A stretch of 32,000 bases of DNA. It comes from an uncultured Terrimonas sp. GTDB taxonomy: Bacteria > Bacteroidota > Bacteroidia > Chitinophagales > Chitinophagaceae. Shown here one piece after another: positions 28,981 through 32,000 of the stretch; the stretch's first letter is position 1, and each line of letters starts with the position of its first letter. Made by a program: the position numbers and the translations under genes. The notes under the pieces were generated by a model. It searched no databases and was not told the DNA's origin. It saw only the letters and a program-made list of their open reading frames with translations. The DNA lies in NCBI GenBank assembly GCA_964445775.1, contig CAYUMH010000004.1, forward strand, positions 112,420 to 144,419. The letters are read 5' to 3'.

Positions 28981-30945
28981 CTACAATTTATCGGTTTCGT
29001 TCAGTGGTACATGTATGGCTACCAGTGTACCCTTATCAGGTGTGGCATCAAAGTCAACCGTACCTTTTAAAAACTGTACACGTGTGATGATATTTTTTAA
29101 CCCGATGCCGTCAAAATTGGCCTTATTATTCGTATCAAAACCTTTACCGTTATCCTCAATAGTGGCGCTGATGCCGTCACCATCCCGCATTACCGATATA
29201 TCCAGGGTATTGGCGCCTGAATGTTTGATCACGTTGTTCACGCACTCCTGTATCACCCGGTAAAAAACAGCTTCTACATTGGCATCAATACGTTTATCCA
29301 GGCCTTCGGTGTACAGGTGTACCTGCAGGGCTTTTTTATCCAGCTTATCAATAAAATCCCTGATAGCCGCTGCCAGGCTGTTCTTGAGCAGGGCATTGGG
29401 CATCATATTATGCGATACGCTGCGTATTTCTTTACAGCTATCGTCTACCAGGGCAATAATACGTCCCAATGATTCTTTTTGGTGCTGCGGTACGGTAGTT
29501 GCTTCCGATTCAAAGGCCGACAGGTTCATTTTTGCGGCGCTCATCATCTGGCCAATACCATCGTGCAGGTCGCGGGCAATACGCTGTCTTTCCTGCTCCT
29601 CCGCCTCCATCACGGCTTTGGTGGCCAGGTCCTGTTGTTTCATAATGGTGGCCTGCAGCGCCGCTTTTTGTTGCAATTGTTTACGGCGGTAGAAGGAATA
29701 GGCCAGTAAACTACCTAATACCAGTAAACCGCTGATGCCCGCAATCCAGTAATTACGGCGGGTAATGGAGAACTCTTTTTGTTTAATATCAAATTCCTGC
29801 TGCTGGATGGTTTTCTCCTTTTCCAAGGTTTTGTACTTGCGGTCCAGGTCGGCAAAGTTCTGGCCCAGTTCATCCGTATACAGGGAGTCACGGGTGTTTA
29901 CGTACTCTTTCAACATTTCCAGTGACCGGGCATACTCGCCCTTGTTTTCATACAAACCGGATAAGGATAAATAAATTTTATTTACCTCGGGTAAGGTGTT
30001 TACCGCCTGTAGTCCCAGCTTCAGGGCATTGTTTAAATACAGTTCTGCAGAGTCGTAGTGTTGTTTATTGGTGTAAACAGTGCCCAGGTTATTCAGGCAG
30101 CTCACCATGCCCTTTGTGTCTTTTAACTGCTGGCGCAGGGTTAATGATTCCTGTATCAAGGGAATGGCCTCATTGTACCTTTTAGTGTCGGTGTACAAAG
30201 TACCCAGGTTGTTCAGGGCATTGGACAGGTACTCCTTATCACCAATTATGCGGGTAATTTCCACCGCTTTACGGTAATAACTTTCGGCCTGCACAAAATC
30301 TTTTTCCAGCAGGTAAATATTGGCAATATTTACATAAGAGCCGGCCAGTCCATAGTTGTCGCCCATTTTTTCTTTAATGGCAATGGATTGTTTCTGGTAA
30401 CTGATGGCATCCTTGTAGCGGCCCATATTCTGGTTCAGGATACCGATATTATTCAGGGAATAAGAAACACCCTGGTCGTTATTGAACTTTTTAAAAAGCT
30501 CCAGTGCTTTTAGCTGGTAATCCAGCGATTTATCAAACAAACCCTGACGCTGGTACACAATACCAATTTTGTTATACAGTTTGGCTACACCCAGTTCATC
30601 TTTTAACTGGTTACGCATCTGTACGGCCTGCTCGTATAAATGTACAGCAGTATCATATTGCTCTTTATCGTAGTAAATAATGCCCAGGTCATTATAGGCT
30701 TGTGCAATGCCTGTCAGGTAATTTATTTGTTTCCCCAGGGCGATGGCTTTATTGCCGTAGGCGATAGCTTTGTCACCATCAACCAGGCGGTATTGCCAGG
30801 TTAATTCGTTATAAGTGGCAACAAGTACACTGTCTTTTTGTTGGGGAATGAGTTTTTCCAGGCTATCCAGTACTGCTTTGTTCTTTTGGGCATACAGCAA
30901 TACCGGTATCCCGGTACACAGGAGGAGGGAAATGGCTTTGAACAT
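28981..30945 (-). CDS. TPR-repeat sensor histidine kinase (HisKA_3 + HATPase_c)
   Basis: Signal/anchor sequence (MFKAISLLLCTGIPVLLYAQ), about 330 aa of TPR repeats and a TM helix (YWIAGISGLLVLGSLLAYSFY). H-box RIARDLHDGIGQ, then N/G boxes (ECVNNVIKHSGA, DNGKGF, GIGLKNI). The track start at 30966 is TTG, with ATG at 30945. The cognate response regulator lies 19 nt downstream. Confidence 0.9.
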   Translation of the reverse strand: MFKAISLLLCTGIPVLLYAQKNKAVLDSLEKLIPQQKDSVLVATYNELTWQYRLVDGDKAIAYGNKAIALGKQINYLTGIAQAYNDLGIIYYDKEQYDTAVHLYEQAVQMRNQLKDELGVAKLYNKIGIVYQRQGLFDKSLDYQLKALELFKKFNNDQGVSYSLNNIGILNQNMGRYKDAISYQKQSIAIKEKMGDNYGLAGSYVNIANIYLLEKDFVQAESYYRKAVEITRIIGDKEYLSNALNNLGTLYTDTKRYNEAIPLIQESLTLRQQLKDTKGMVSCLNNLGTVYTNKQHYDSAELYLNNALKLGLQAVNTLPEVNKIYLSLSGLYENKGEYARSLEMLKEYVNTRDSLYTDELGQNFADLDRKYKTLEKEKTIQQQEFDIKQKEFSITRRNYWIAGISGLLVLGSLLAYSFYRRKQLQQKAALQATIMKQQDLATKAVMEAEEQERQRIARDLHDGIGQMMSAAKMNLSAFESEATTVPQHQKESLGRIIALVDDSCKEIRSVSHNMMPNALLKNSLAAAIRDFIDKLDKKALQVHLYTEGLDKRIDANVEAVFYRVIQECVNNVIKHSGANTLDISVMRDGDGISATIEDNGKGFDTNNKANFDGIGLKNIITRVQFLKGTVDFDATPDKGTLVAIHVPLNETDKL

Positions 30946-30975
30946 CTTAGTTTTGGTTTGTGGCAATGCGAAGAT

Positions 30976-31007
30976 AATCTTAGATCTCAGATCTGAGATC
31001 TAAGATT
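30976..31007. repeat. 32-bp perfect palindrome between the dapB stop and the histidine-kinase start
   Basis: aatcttagatctcagatctgagatctaagatt is its own reverse complement and contains three AGATCT hexamers. Its function (terminator hairpin or operator) is unknown. Confidence 0.9.
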
Positions 31008-31017
31008 AAAAAGAAAG

Positions 31018-31734
31018 TTAGAGTCCTAAAACCTCCTTCATCCCAAAAATGCCCTTTTTGTCCTGTACAAATTCGGCGGCTATTACTGCACCGGTGGCAA
31101 ATCCTTCCCGGTTATGAGCGGTATGGATAATTTCAATATCATCAATGGAGGAGGAATATTTGATATTATGCGTACCTGGTGCCGGATCTTCTCTTTTGCT
31201 GATGATCACCAGGTCTTCCTCATTAGTGCTGTTGTCGTTAACCCACTGTTTTTTGGTGGTCAGTGATTCCATTACCCCTTCGGCTAAAGTGATAGCGGTG
31301 CCGCTTGGGGCGTCTTTTTTCTGGGTATGATGTGTTTCTTCGAGTGCTACCCGGTAATTTTTGTGTGGCGCCATCAGGGCGGCCAGTTTTTTATTGAGCT
31401 CGAAAAATATATTAACGCCCACGCTAAAATTGCTGGCATATACAAAACTGCCGTTGGTCTCATTCACCAGGGCAGTTATTTCAGGCATGCGTTCGGTCCA
31501 GCCGGTAGAGCCGCTTACCACCGGTACATGGTGTTGCAACAGTTTAATAATATTGTCAAAAGCGCTGTGCGGGCCGGTAAATTCAATGGCTACATCGGCC
31601 TTCGCCAGGTTTTCGGCATTAAACTCCCGGGTATTGGTTTCGTCAATTTTTAATACAATAGTATGTCCCCTGTCAATGGCTATGGCTTCAATAGCTTTAC
31701 CCATTTTCCCGTATCCGATAATTGCGATGTTCAT
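31018..31734 (-). CDS. dapB: 4-hydroxy-tetrahydrodipicolinate reductase
   Basis: 238 aa with an N-terminal NAD(P)-binding motif (MNIAIIGYGKMGK) and the DapB signature EETHHTQKKDAPSGTA. Confidence 0.93.
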   Translation of the reverse strand: MNIAIIGYGKMGKAIEAIAIDRGHTIVLKIDETNTREFNAENLAKADVAIEFTGPHSAFDNIIKLLQHHVPVVSGSTGWTERMPEITALVNETNGSFVYASNFSVGVNIFFELNKKLAALMAPHKNYRVALEETHHTQKKDAPSGTAITLAEGVMESLTTKKQWVNDNSTNEEDLVIISKREDPAPGTHNIKYSSSIDDIEIIHTAHNREGFATGAVIAAEFVQDKKGIFGMKEVLGL

Positions 31735-31786
31735 GATTTATAAATGAAAAGTAAAAAATTAAAAGTCAAAAATAGACAGTATATAT

Positions 31787-32000
31787 TTATTGACAATATA
31801 ACTGCCTTACACTATCTGCTTCTATATTGCCATAAATGATTGCTTTTGTAAAAAAAGAGCAAGCGGAGTTTGTTTTTCCAGAAGAAAGATTTACCCAACC
31901 TATCCAGTAATAACACTTATCTGGCATATATCCGCTTTTTAAAGCATCGTCAAAGTATTGATTTGCTTTACTCAAACTATCAGCATCATAGTAAACAAGT
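31787..32000 (-). CDS. Hypothetical protein, 5' end outside the window
   Basis: The reverse-strand frame is open from the window edge (LVYYDADSLSKANQYFDDALKSGY...) to a stop at 31787. The track's start at 31975 is TTG and the frame stays open upstream of it. I recognise no family. The content is weakly TPR/Sel1-like. Confidence 0.4.
   Translation of the reverse strand, partial: LVYYDADSLSKANQYFDDALKSGYMPDKCYYWIGWVNLSSGKTNSACSFFTKAIIYGNIEADSVRQLYCQ

Overview
Densely coding 32-kb chromosomal window, about 21 CDS. It looks like a Bacteroidota genome, based on the SusC/SusD pair, the signal peptides ending in AQ or a lipoprotein Cys, and TPR-anchored regulators. A Chitinophagaceae/Sphingobacteriia-like origin is only my guess. 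I found no rRNA, tRNA, CRISPR array, transposase or integrase. Left to right: (1) the 5' part of a FadN-type 3-hydroxyacyl-CoA dehydrogenase/enoyl-CoA hydratase gene (minus strand, absent from the ORF track because its stop lies outside the window), an MscS-like channel and a small secreted protein. (2) A polysaccharide-utilisation-like locus: a TPR-TM-LuxR regulator, SusC, SusD, a LacZ-type GH2 beta-galactosidase, a YgjK-type GH63 alpha-glucosidase, and a cytoplasmic fusion of a hydroxylysine-kinase-like domain to a class-III aminotransferase-fold phospho-lyase domain. (3) A DUF389 membrane protein and an MFS transporter. (4) A 6.4-kb block bracketed by a ~125-bp inverted repeat pair of about 90% identity. 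It holds an SNF2-family ATPase, a GNAT acetyltransferase, a histone-H1-like lysine/alanine-repeat protein, MgtE and a minimal SET-domain methyltransferase. (5) A TPR-sensor histidine kinase with a NarL-type response regulator, then dapB and a partial ORF. Two hypotheses are worth follow-up. The SusCD/GH2/GH63/kinase-lyase locus fits stepwise catabolism of the collagen-type glycan Glc-alpha1,2-Gal-beta-O-hydroxylysine. The repeat-bracketed block looks like a clustered bacterial chromatin toolkit (remodeler-like ATPase, acetyl and methyl writers, H1-like substrate). Both are inferences from sequence and domain knowledge, with no database search behind them.
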